Origin: Bacteroidales bacterium | GTDB lineage: Bacteria > Bacteroidota > Bacteroidia > Bacteroidales > VadinHA17 | Assembly (NCBI GenBank): GCA_003501665.1 | Contig: DNOQ01000096.1 | Location: 812-36,587 of the forward strand | DNA length: 35,776 nucleotides | Reading direction: 5' to 3' | Shown: in pieces, positions 1-8,567 of the stretch | Layout of the letters: each line of letters begins with the position of its first letter | Numbering within the stretch: position 1 is the stretch's first letter | Notes under the pieces: model-generated | Told to the model about the DNA's origin: nothing | The model's database searches: none | Seen by the model: the letters and a program-made list of their open reading frames with translations, nothing else | Position numbers and translations under genes: made by a program

Positions 1-293
1 GAAAGTATGACAGCTGTTGCCTGACTGTTTTTCTGAATGGCTGCAAAGTTTAGGGGCTTACCGTCTGAGTTCGTAGACCTGCGGTAGGAAAACGAGGGAG
101 GTTTTTCGACGACCCCTTGTTCCACTTCGTATTTAGAACACAAAGTCTGTACATCATCAAAAAGACAGGCGAATTTTGAGCAGTCGCTTTCCCCGGATGT
201 CTTGATTATCCCATGGGTAATGAGGTCTCCTCCCGATTCGATAACGGCAAATCCTGTGGTTTTGTATGATGGGTCAAAAGCTATAACACGCAT
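1..293 (-). CDS. RuvC-like Holliday junction resolvase (RNase H fold), 3' end cut by the window edge
   Basis: My own minus-strand translation from the ATG at 293-291 gives MRVIAFDPSYKTTGFAVIESGGDLITHGIIKTSGESDCSKF...VVEKPPSF...AAIQKNSQATAVIL. The N-terminal h-h-h-D-P-S..TG-h-A-V-I motif and the later h-h-E-K motif match the first two catalytic acidic motifs of RuvC-type resolvases. The start lies 2 nt after the stop of the upstream gene, so the two are coupled in an operon. This ORF is not in the supplied ORF track because it is truncated. Confidence 0.6.
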   Translation of the reverse strand, partial: MRVIAFDPSYKTTGFAVIESGGDLITHGIIKTSGESDCSKFACLFDDVQTLCSKYEVEQGVVEKPPSFSYRRSTNSDGKPLNFAAIQKNSQATAVIL

Positions 294-294
294 A

Positions 295-1296
295 TCAGGC
301 AGCTTTCAGTCTCATAAAGAGATCGACAAGTTCCTCATCTTTCATATTGACCAGGTTATCTGCAGCTGCACTGTCGGTGATCAGCTTCCGCAGGATGTTT
401 TCTTTTACGTTTCTCGGATAGTCGTCGAAATCCTCTGCTGCTGTTCGGAAGGATATGATATTTGAAGCTGCGGATTCACCGGAGATTGGAATAGTTTCAT
501 CAACCTGATCACTTTCAGGGCCTATGTCAGATACACCAATTGTCTCAGTAACACAAGGATGGTAGGATGGCATGCCCATGGCATGAGGATAAAGTGTTTC
601 CCTGATACCGAGCATATGAGCTGTAACCATCTTCTTTATGTCCGGGTCTTTCATGTCAACAACCGGCGTTACAGCAACAACCACAAAAGGCTTCTTAAGC
701 TCTTCAAGGGTATATGCGGGTTTGAGGCCCAGGAGCTTCTGGACAACTCTTGCCTGGGCACCGGTAATTGCCGACTCAGCCGCAAATTTGTGTTTCTCGA
801 TCATGATCTTCTTCACGCACTTTGTCACCCAGTCCATCTTTTGCTTCTCGGACCACTTGGGATGCTCTTTCTCGACCTTTTCTTCGTACTTCATCATCAT
901 CTCCTCTTCTCTTATGATGAGGTCGTAAGGTTTTGCATCCTCCAGCCTTTTTGGTGATCCGTCGAGTTCGTATCTTTCCCCGATTACTTTTGCCGTATAC
1001 CGTGCAACTCCTTTTCCCTTCTCCACACGTATTGCGTCGGGAGGGAGCTTGAGTTCAATACGTCCTGCGTCCACAAACTTCTGTATAGCCGGTCTTCCGA
1101 AACCGTATTTGCCCCCGTTAATCGGATATATCTCGTTCTGCTTCAGATTTGTGTCAATCGTTACCACCCGGATACTGGGCTGCATGAAGTCCACAATTTT
1201 CGTAAAGATAATGGAGCCCGGGACGTTAAAACCTTTTTGCAAATATTCCTTTAAAGATTCGTTGATCTCAGTAAGCGCCTTACCGTTTTCAGTCAT
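295..1296 (-). CDS. Hypothetical protein, phage/plasmid type; a recombination or ssDNA-binding role is possible but unproven
   Basis: 333-aa ORF with a GGAGG RBS upstream of the ATG (ggaggtttcATG). It has an acidic C-terminal region and sits immediately upstream of the RuvC-like gene. I recognise no diagnostic motif. Confidence 0.75.
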   Translation of the reverse strand: MTENGKALTEINESLKEYLQKGFNVPGSIIFTKIVDFMQPSIRVVTIDTNLKQNEIYPINGGKYGFGRPAIQKFVDAGRIELKLPPDAIRVEKGKGVARYTAKVIGERYELDGSPKRLEDAKPYDLIIREEEMMMKYEEKVEKEHPKWSEKQKMDWVTKCVKKIMIEKHKFAAESAITGAQARVVQKLLGLKPAYTLEELKKPFVVVAVTPVVDMKDPDIKKMVTAHMLGIRETLYPHAMGMPSYHPCVTETIGVSDIGPESDQVDETIPISGESAASNIISFRTAAEDFDDYPRNVKENILRKLITDSAAADNLVNMKDEELVDLFMRLKAA

Positions 1297-1540
1297 GAAA
1301 CCTCCTTCTTATAAATAGTTTTGTTGTGAGGGGATGATAAAACTGATCTCAAGCGCCCTTATTTCTTATATAAGGTGATGAGATTGTTTGTTGCTACGTA
1401 GTGCTGAAGTTCTTGAAAACTACTTCTTTTGCTGCAGAATTATCGCAGGTTTAAAGCTGGTGGAGTGTTTGAAAATAATTATTTCACGAGTATTTTGTGT
1501 TTTACGAGTATGCGTCAGGATATAGTTCTATTTAAGCGTT

Positions 1541-1846
1541 TTATTCGGTCAGAAAGTTTTCTTTTAAAAGGCGGCTTCCGTGCACAACCGTAACAACTTT
1601 TACCATATCTTGTTCAGCGTCATGACGATAAATTATCCGGTAATTCCCAAGTATCAGCTCCCTGTGAGGAAGATTCGGGAACTCCGGTAAATGACGTCCC
1701 GAGTCAGGAAACATCTGCAATCTTTCAGGGGCTTTCAAGATATTTTGAACCGTATACTGAGCATACCGACGTGAGTCTAATGCTATATAGTCGAAAATGT
1801 TTTCTAAATCTGAGAATGCTTGATCGGACCATATCAGTTCTGCCAT
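1541..1846 (-). CDS. parE: ParE/RelE-family type II toxin
   Basis: 101 aa. The pattern W..QA..DL..I.DYI......YA......I......L..FP..G........R......NYRIIY......V.VV.V.HG.R is typical of ParE plasmid-stabilisation toxins. It overlaps the upstream small antitoxin ORF by 13 nt. Confidence 0.8.
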   Translation of the reverse strand: MAELIWSDQAFSDLENIFDYIALDSRRYAQYTVQNILKAPERLQMFPDSGRHLPEFPNLPHRELILGNYRIIYRHDAEQDMVKVVTVVHGSRLLKENFLTE

Positions 1847-2022
1847 TTTTTGGAGAGCCTTTCAGCCGCTTCTTTATGCGAAAGAGTTCTGCCTTCAGCA
1901 ATATCCTTTTCCCCAGCTTCAATCTTCTGAAGAAGATATATCCGGTACATAACATCCTCAACATCTACCTTTTCGGGAAGCTCTTTTATAAGACCTTCCA
2001 GTTTCGATTTAAGTATTTCCAT
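1834..2022 (-). CDS. Type II antitoxin partner of ParE (small helical addiction-module component)
   Basis: 62-aa ORF with a GGAGGT RBS that overlaps the toxin start. The C-terminal segment ...IEAGEKDIAEGRTLSHKEAAERLSKKW resembles ParD-like/addiction-module antitoxins. The assignment rests mainly on position and size. Confidence 0.65.
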   Translation of the reverse strand: MEILKSKLEGLIKELPEKVDVEDVMYRIYLLQKIEAGEKDIAEGRTLSHKEAAERLSKKWQN

Positions 2023-2132
2023 GTCTTACCTCCATTGGTACCATTCTGATGTTATTGTAATGAATAAGAGGTTGAAAATCAAAGGAGAATCTTGGGGTAT
2101 TTATGGAACCCAAGGTCTCTATAAACTGACTG

Positions 2133-4334
2133 TTATCCGCAGCGGTTATACAGACAGGCTGGATTTATGCATTTCATGCATCCTTCCTGGTATATCAGGG
2201 ATTGCTGTCCACACTTCCTGCAATATCCCAGATGCGGGTTCACTTTCGTATCGTTTCCGTTCGCCTCTGCATATGCTTCTATTGGTACTTCCTGCTCCAT
2301 GAGGCCGATGTGTGAAAAATAATCGGCAAGCACATGACCGAATTCAGCAACGAGCGATGGGACGAACTTTCTCCGTCTGGACGAGAAGAACCCTGACTGG
2401 GCATATACCTCTTTAAATTCATCTGCAAGGAATGTGGGGTCATCGAGGTTTCTGAACACGGCAGATACAAGTCTGCCGAGAGCTCTTGTCCATTCGTCCA
2501 CCATCGGATCTTTTGTGTTTATAAAGAGCTCAAAGGGTTTAACATCACCCTCCCCGTTTCTTACGTGACTGAAATTAAGGTAGTAAGCATGTTTGGATTC
2601 AGGGATTTTCACCTGGTAGCGTTTTCCGTCAAGGTCGTAATAGCCCTCGGGGTTGAATGTCTGTTTCCTTGGCTCTTTCTTTCTGAGGATCTCTTCATCC
2701 AGCGAGCCCTCTCTGTATACGGTACATCCCTTGCATCCCAGTTCGTACGCATGAAGATACACATCTTCCATCTCTTTGACGGTAATGGATTCAGGCAGAT
2801 TGATTGTCTTGCTGATGGACGCATCAATGTATTTCTGGCAGGCGGCCATTACATTTAAATGTTCTTCAGGTGTAAGATCATGGGCCCCCACGAAATAGCC
2901 CGGCGCGTTTTTCGCAGATACCTGCCCGAAGATATCGCAATAGAGCTGAAATGTAGGATCCTTTACAGGAGTGACTTCGCCGTAGTTGGTCCTCTCGTAT
3001 TCGATGCAGAAGATAGGCTCCACTCCACTTGACACGTTACTTGCAAGTTGTGAGATCGAACCGGTGGGCGCAATAGTGAGGAGATTTGAATTCCTTATGC
3101 CCTTTGTTCTGATAGACTCCCTGATATTTTCCGGTAATGCCTTGATGAATGCCCCATCGAGATACTTTTCCGGGTCAAAGAGAGGGAATGTGCCTTTTTC
3201 TTCTCCAAGCTCAACGGAATAGGAATAAGCAGTATCTCTCATAAAGCTCATGATCTTATCGACCCACTCTATGCTTTCGTCAGAGCCGTATCTCACCCTG
3301 AGCATAGCGAGTGCGCTTCCGAGTCCCATGATACCCAGGCCTATTTTCCTCTTTTTCATTGCATCTTCTCTCTGTTCCTTTAACGGGTAATAGTTGATGT
3401 CGAGCACATTGTCGAGGAACCTGACCGATGTCCTTATGCAGTCATGGAAGTCGGGAAATGCGAAATCGGCTTTATCCGTAAAAGGATCTGTAATAAAGCG
3501 TGATAGGTTGATTGCTCCAAGGTTGCATGAGCCAAAGGGGGCCAAAGGCTGTTCGCCGCAGGGGTTAGTTGCATCGATACGTTCACAATATTTCAGGTTC
3601 GAGAGTTCGTTTATCCTGCTGAGGAAGAGTATGCCGGGTTCTGCCTTCCTGTGGGCATTTTCCATTATGGTATCCCATATCTCTCTGGCTCTTATCGTTT
3701 TGTAGATTCTGCCGTTGAACTTGAGATCCCATGTGCCATCGGATTTTACGGTATGAAGGAACTCATCTGTAATACCAACCGATAAATTAAATTTTTCGAG
3801 CACCTTGTGTCCTTTCGAGTTGTTTGCCTTTGCGCTAATGAATCTCATGATATCTGGGTGATCGCAGTTGAGCACGGCGATCATTGCGCCTTTTCTGTCC
3901 CCGACGCCCGAGATAGTCATAGACATCGCATTCCACATATGCATAAAGGAAACTGGTCCTGATGCGATAGAACCTGTGCCTTCTACAGGATCACCGTAAG
4001 GCCGGAGTTTGGAAAAATTAACGCCGATGCCGCCGCCTGCCTGCATGGTAAGAGCGCCATCGTTCAAAGCGCTCAGAATCCCGGACATCGAGTCATCAGG
4101 CGGTGACATAACAAAACAGTTACTGAGCGTTGCCTTCGGCTTGTTTGTGCCTGCCGCAGCAAGTATCCTTCCACCGGGAATGAACCTCAGGCTGCTCATC
4201 TCTGCAAAGAACTTGTCTTCCCAGCCCGGATCGTTGCCTGCAACAGCTCTTGCTACCCTCCTGAATGTGTCCTCGGGACACTTGTCCATCTCGTTTTTGT
4301 ACTTCTTCTCCCATATATGCTTATTAAGTGTCAT
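2133..4334 (-). CDS. nrdJ: Class II (adenosylcobalamin-dependent) ribonucleotide reductase
   Basis: 733 aa with conserved RNR segments: SNCFV, GGGIGVNFS, NPCGEQPL, SCNLGAINL, TIAPTGS and SKTINLP. It ends in a C-terminal Cys-rich tail, CRKCG...CMKC...C..RCG. The length and single-chain architecture fit NrdJ. Confidence 0.9.
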   Translation of the reverse strand: MTLNKHIWEKKYKNEMDKCPEDTFRRVARAVAGNDPGWEDKFFAEMSSLRFIPGGRILAAAGTNKPKATLSNCFVMSPPDDSMSGILSALNDGALTMQAGGGIGVNFSKLRPYGDPVEGTGSIASGPVSFMHMWNAMSMTISGVGDRKGAMIAVLNCDHPDIMRFISAKANNSKGHKVLEKFNLSVGITDEFLHTVKSDGTWDLKFNGRIYKTIRAREIWDTIMENAHRKAEPGILFLSRINELSNLKYCERIDATNPCGEQPLAPFGSCNLGAINLSRFITDPFTDKADFAFPDFHDCIRTSVRFLDNVLDINYYPLKEQREDAMKKRKIGLGIMGLGSALAMLRVRYGSDESIEWVDKIMSFMRDTAYSYSVELGEEKGTFPLFDPEKYLDGAFIKALPENIRESIRTKGIRNSNLLTIAPTGSISQLASNVSSGVEPIFCIEYERTNYGEVTPVKDPTFQLYCDIFGQVSAKNAPGYFVGAHDLTPEEHLNVMAACQKYIDASISKTINLPESITVKEMEDVYLHAYELGCKGCTVYREGSLDEEILRKKEPRKQTFNPEGYYDLDGKRYQVKIPESKHAYYLNFSHVRNGEGDVKPFELFINTKDPMVDEWTRALGRLVSAVFRNLDDPTFLADEFKEVYAQSGFFSSRRRKFVPSLVAEFGHVLADYFSHIGLMEQEVPIEAYAEANGNDTKVNPHLGYCRKCGQQSLIYQEGCMKCINPACLYNRCG

Positions 4335-4865
4335 TTAAAAGATCCATTTCTTTTTAGAATGTTTATTTGTTTCCTCTTGTAATCTCGTATCCTTCATAAA
4401 TATCCCTGTGGAGCCTATGCCGCCTGTCCTTTTAACCGTATGGTTCTCCAGGCTATCACCATCTGCAAGCAGGAAATTGACAAACACACCCTGGGCGATT
4501 TTCTCTCCCTGACTAAAAATGATGTCTTCGCCTCCTATCTCATTTGTATTACGGAGCATGAGGATGATATTCCCCTCGTTGTCAGGGTTGTTGTAGTAAT
4601 CGCTGTCGATGAGCCCGGTTGTATTTTTCAGCTGAAGTCCTTTTTTGCCTCCACTCGACCTCGTAAAGAGAAGCAAAAGCTCGTTTGGCTGCATATATGC
4701 TTTTACGTTGGTATGGATTGTCACCGTTTGCCTCGGGGGAATCCTCACAGGGAGTGGGGAATAAAAGTCGTATGCGCCGCTGTGCTTTGTACTTCTTATT
4801 GGAAGCTGAACTGTGTCTTCATAGCCGGTAACTGCCTCAAACCCTCTGAATTTACACACAGACAT
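4335..4865 (-). CDS. dut: dUTP diphosphatase (trimeric dUTPase family) with a short basic C-terminal tail
   Basis: dUTPase motifs are present: GAYDF (motif 1), GLIDSDY (motif 3), KIAQG (motif 4) and RTGGIGSTG (motif 5). The stop codon abuts the nrdJ start codon, and there is an RBS GGAGG upstream. Confidence 0.85.
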   Translation of the reverse strand: MSVCKFRGFEAVTGYEDTVQLPIRSTKHSGAYDFYSPLPVRIPPRQTVTIHTNVKAYMQPNELLLLFTRSSGGKKGLQLKNTTGLIDSDYYNNPDNEGNIILMLRNTNEIGGEDIIFSQGEKIAQGVFVNFLLADGDSLENHTVKRTGGIGSTGIFMKDTRLQEETNKHSKKKWIF

Positions 4866-5196
4866 GTACCTCCTTCGCTTCTGCTGTTATTTGGTTTCCC
4901 TCGGCAATGATATCCCCGATGAGAGTTCGTATTTTTGCACGATACCTGAAACCGGCTGTCTCGAGCATTTCTTCATCGACAACTTTAAGTGCGCTGAGGT
5001 TCCAGATAAACTCCGGCAATGCCCTGTCGTCCTGGACACCCCGGATTTTGCCTGTTTTAAGATATGAATGGCAGGCCCGACATGCTGAGGTGATCACCTC
5101 CTGCAATAGATTTTGTTCCGGAGTAATCTGGTCTTCCCTGGTAAATGGTGCATCGACAAAAACGCCTTTTTTTCTCAAAAAATACTCATCAATCAT
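4852..5196 (-). CDS. Hypothetical protein
   Basis: The supplied ORF is 4852..5226. I prefer the internal ATG at 5196 (MIDEYF...) because it is preceded by GGAGGT at the correct spacing. It overlaps the dut start by 14 nt. No motif recognised. Confidence 0.55.
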   Translation of the reverse strand: MIDEYFLRKKGVFVDAPFTREDQITPEQNLLQEVITSACRACHSYLKTGKIRGVQDDRALPEFIWNLSALKVVDEEMLETAGFRYRAKIRTLIGDIIAEGNQITAEAKEVHVCV

Positions 5197-5403
5197 GAAT
5201 ACCTCCAAAGGTTTTAATATTCTCAAAATTAAGCTCCGGCAAAAATCTGCCTGTTCTGGCTATTACCTCTAAAAGGAATATTACTGCCTGCTTTTGGATT
5301 AATTCAGATAGATGGCGAGAGTTATGGCTGGTAACTTCTCTAAAAATAATCTTTCATTATATAGGCAGGGGATGAAGAGGCGCTTACTGCAATGTGCTTT
5401 ACT

Positions 5404-5853
5404 TCACTTACTACGTTTTGCTTCGTTTCGGGTTCTCTTGCCGGGGTTGGTTCCCTCTGTTCTTGAATACCATGCTCCGGAGGGAGTAATAATCAGATGG
5501 TCCAATACATTTATCCCTAAAATATTCCCTGCTTCATCCAACCTCTCCCAGATCGCTTTGTCTTCTTTAGATGGCTGTGCCTGATTCGCAGGATGATTGT
5601 GGATGGTGATAATACTTGTCGCGCCATTCAGGATCGCTTTCTTAAAGACCTCACGGGGATGGACCAAGGAACTGTTAACAGTCCCCATCGATACCAGTTC
5701 CTTTTCAATAATCCTGTTGCCGGCGTTAAGATGAAGCACCCAGAAATATTCTCTGTCAGCTCTGGCTGCATCCTCCATAAGTTCAACTACAGCATTAGGA
5801 GAATGAACAGCGTCCTCTGAGGGTTCCTTTACCTGTAATAAATTGAGCTCCAT
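5404..5853 (-). CDS. radC: RadC-like JAB/MPN domain protein
   Basis: 149 aa with the JAMM motif HNHPANQAQPSKED (canonical HNHPSGxxxPSxxD) and a downstream LDHLII segment. GGAGG RBS. It is the short RadC form common on mobile elements. Confidence 0.85.
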   Translation of the reverse strand: MELNLLQVKEPSEDAVHSPNAVVELMEDAARADREYFWVLHLNAGNRIIEKELVSMGTVNSSLVHPREVFKKAILNGATSIITIHNHPANQAQPSKEDKAIWERLDEAGNILGINVLDHLIITPSGAWYSRTEGTNPGKRTRNEAKRSK

Positions 5854-6113
5854 TAAACCTCCTTTCTTGTTTTATTTAGTTTTTAAAGATTCTGTTTCCA
5901 TTTAGTTTTGGGAGAAAACCTGAGAAGGAAGGGTACTTTGCCCTGGAAGAGGATTTAAACTTTTTTTGCGGTTATCGCAGAGATTCAATATTTAGCGATA
6001 TGGCTTAATCAAACAATGATATGAAACTGATCCCTTTCTTTTCAGTGGTGATCGTTCATTTTCTGTGAAGCCCAATAAGGTAATGCAGAAAACAATATCC
6101 TGTAGGTCACAGA

Positions 6114-7088
6114 TTAATAATTCATCCTATGAGGAATCACACCTCTGACGCCACCTCTTGGATTGAGGGTATCCCCCTTCCTTCGCGGGATAAGGTGAAT
6201 ATGGCAATGCCATATGGTCTGACCTGCAACCTCGCCTGAGTTGGCCCCGGTATTAAATCCTTCAATGCTTGAATCTGATCGGAGAAGTTCTTTGCGCCTG
6301 ATTCTTATAATGTCATGAACCGCTATATGTTCCTTCTGGGTGATATCGAAATAGTCGGAGAAATGACGTTTAGGGATGATCAGGGTATGTCCCTCTGAAA
6401 CAGGATAACCGTCCAGCGTGGCAAAGGCATAATCATTTTCGTGAAGTATTTTGCCTCCCCGAGATTTCTTGCAGAAAATACAATCCTCCTTATAGTCTTC
6501 TGCTATTATCTTTCTGAAATCAGTGTCATCAGTATCGCGCTTTGTTCTGTTACAGGTCGAGCATAATACCTGAAGGTTCTCATAGACTGTCTTTCCGCCC
6601 TTAGCCTTTGGAATGATATGGTCGATATCCAATGGCTTGTCATCTATTGTTATCCCGCATAAAGCACATCGCCCTTTTGCCTCCTTTAACACTTGGTATC
6701 GAAGGACATCGGAAACGGCGGTGTCATCAAGGAGCCTATAATCCCAGGTACTGAGTCCACGTGAGACAATGAATTCCTGTATTTTTTGTTCACACAGCTT
6801 CTTGATCTCGGCCTTCTGTTCTAATGTCATTTTCCTTACTTTCAGGCTGACAAGTTCCCCGTCGCGTGCAATGATCCCATGCTTGGACAATACCTTTATA
6901 GGCATCTCCTTAAGTCTCTTCTCGTAGTAGAGGATTTGACTTTCATCGCTGGCAAGAAAATTTGCTGCCAACTGCCTGATCGTTGAGATTCCGCCGGACT
7001 CGATAAGGGATTTGATCAGGAGGGGCTGATAAATATGACTCATCCTCATGGTAGAGGCAAGAAAATCACGCAATTCAGCAAATGTCAT
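6114..7088 (-). CDS. Three-domain fusion: N-terminal winged-helix-like domain + HNH endonuclease + HIT (histidine triad) nucleotide hydrolase/transferase
   Basis: The HNH core is CALCG...DIDHIIPKAKGG...NLQVLCSTCNRTK. The HIT domain is GYPVSEGHTLIIPKRH...WHCHIHLIPR (HxHxHxx triad). The N-terminal ~130 aa (MSHIYQPLLIKSLIESGG...) is helical and wHTH-like. Confidence 0.8.
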   Translation of the reverse strand: MTFAELRDFLASTMRMSHIYQPLLIKSLIESGGISTIRQLAANFLASDESQILYYEKRLKEMPIKVLSKHGIIARDGELVSLKVRKMTLEQKAEIKKLCEQKIQEFIVSRGLSTWDYRLLDDTAVSDVLRYQVLKEAKGRCALCGITIDDKPLDIDHIIPKAKGGKTVYENLQVLCSTCNRTKRDTDDTDFRKIIAEDYKEDCIFCKKSRGGKILHENDYAFATLDGYPVSEGHTLIIPKRHFSDYFDITQKEHIAVHDIIRIRRKELLRSDSSIEGFNTGANSGEVAGQTIWHCHIHLIPRRKGDTLNPRGGVRGVIPHRMNY

Positions 7089-7452
7089 GAAATAAGAATA
7101 TGGGAATTACATCAGAAATACAATATATTTTCCGTCGGGCTTGGCCTTAATCTTACTGAAGATTTTCTTTCTTCTGAGACAAAGAAACCTTAGCATATTA
7201 GAGAAGCTTCAAGTTACTAATGATATCCTAAAACTCATAAATCTCACCTTACTGATAACTCTGATTTTTGGTGAGATGATTATTTTGCGCTGTACACCTG
7301 CAAACACGCAACGGAGAACTATCATCCAGAACGGTGTTTTCCGATAGTAATAAACCGCTACCAAGAATCTTTTAAGATGTTGCTTTCGATTATTCATCAC
7401 ACTCACTCTGCTCTTGTCTTGAGAAAAAAGCAGAGATAAGATGTAATAGGGT

Positions 7453-8244
7453 ATGGAGATATTATCCCAAAGGTGGTATGGAGCGCTTCTCAAAAGGAGG
7501 TCGCGGCGGCTATATGCAGCACGATTGATCCCTGCTGAGGTTTTCGAAAAGCTTACCGTTGCCTGCAACGAATTTCGCCCATTCGATACAGTGAGGGCTG
7601 TGTTCACCGAATGTTCAGAAAATGTGTTTAAAGGCATCATAGGTGCCTACGGCAAGATCAGGGGTGCCCCATTCCTTATTGCCTTCATCGGAGACACACG
7701 TGACCCCTATGTAAAAGAAAAGATCGGGTATACCGGTGAAGGTATCATACTTGAAGCCACAGCCCTTAAGCTTGGTACATGTTGGGTCGGTAAGTCATTC
7801 GACCATGTAATTGCCTCCTCTTTCGCAACGACCGGGGAACACGAGAAGGTCTTTGCAGTCACCCCCATAGGTTATGCCTCAGCAGAAGCATCCTTTGAAG
7901 AAAAGCTCCTCACAGGTTTCGGGCAGACCCACAAGAGGGAACCCCTTGCTAGGTTGGTGAGCGGATTGCAGGAGACCGAATGGCCTGAGTGGATCAAGGT
8001 CTCTCTTTTGGCAGCGAGAGTTGCTCCCTCCGCAGTAAATAGACAGCCGTGGCGCTTTTTGGTGGAATCAAACAGCATAACAGTGTCTGTGGATAATTTG
8101 AATGATAGTTACGGCATCTCAAAGAGACTTGATTGCGGCATCGCAATGCTCCACATCGAAACCGCGGCACACGTCTGCGAAGTGGTAGGAAAATGGGAGT
8201 TCCTCGATCCTCCTGAGGTGGCTAGATTCATAAGCCGCAGCTGA
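7453..8244 (+). CDS. Nitroreductase-family protein
   Basis: 263 aa. It has the N-terminal RRSRRLY segment typical of the family and the internal repeat ...AARVAPSAVNRQPWRF..., matching the nitroreductase fold signature. Confidence 0.7.
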   Translation: MEILSQRWYGALLKRRSRRLYAARLIPAEVFEKLTVACNEFRPFDTVRAVFTECSENVFKGIIGAYGKIRGAPFLIAFIGDTRDPYVKEKIGYTGEGIILEATALKLGTCWVGKSFDHVIASSFATTGEHEKVFAVTPIGYASAEASFEEKLLTGFGQTHKREPLARLVSGLQETEWPEWIKVSLLAARVAPSAVNRQPWRFLVESNSITVSVDNLNDSYGISKRLDCGIAMLHIETAAHVCEVVGKWEFLDPPEVARFISRS

Positions 8245-8567
8245 GATCATAGTTCAATCACAGAAAAGCAGCCTTTGATTGCCTCAAAAGGATAGAACTT
8301 AAAATGAAAGTTCGGCTAATAGGCGTCCGTATAACTCAATTCGCGAAGTAGCTCAGTACTAATCCTGAGTCTTCTCTTCACCTGCCACTAAACGCCTCAG
8401 CTTACTTGAATTTATTGAGGATTACTGGTACAAATATGTATGGCTTTAGGAATATTTTGCTTCTTCAATAACATCGAACAACAGCTCCTGACAACTTCAA
8501 ATAAATCTTTCAAAATAGCTTACAATATTGATTTCCAGAAAGAAATTTATTTAGAAGGTTTTTAATA

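Noticed and set aside
7209-7640. 143-aa minus-strand ORF overlapping the nitroreductase start
   Set aside because: It has no RBS and a low-complexity composition, and it overlaps a motif-supported plus-strand gene. It is probably a shadow ORF in an AT-rich intergenic region.
8348-8357. GTAGCTCAGT, a tRNA D-arm-like string in the gap upstream of res, considered as a tRNA or att-site fragment
   Set aside because: The flanking sequence cannot be folded into acceptor, anticodon and T arms, and there is no GGTTCGAATCC-like T-loop nearby.
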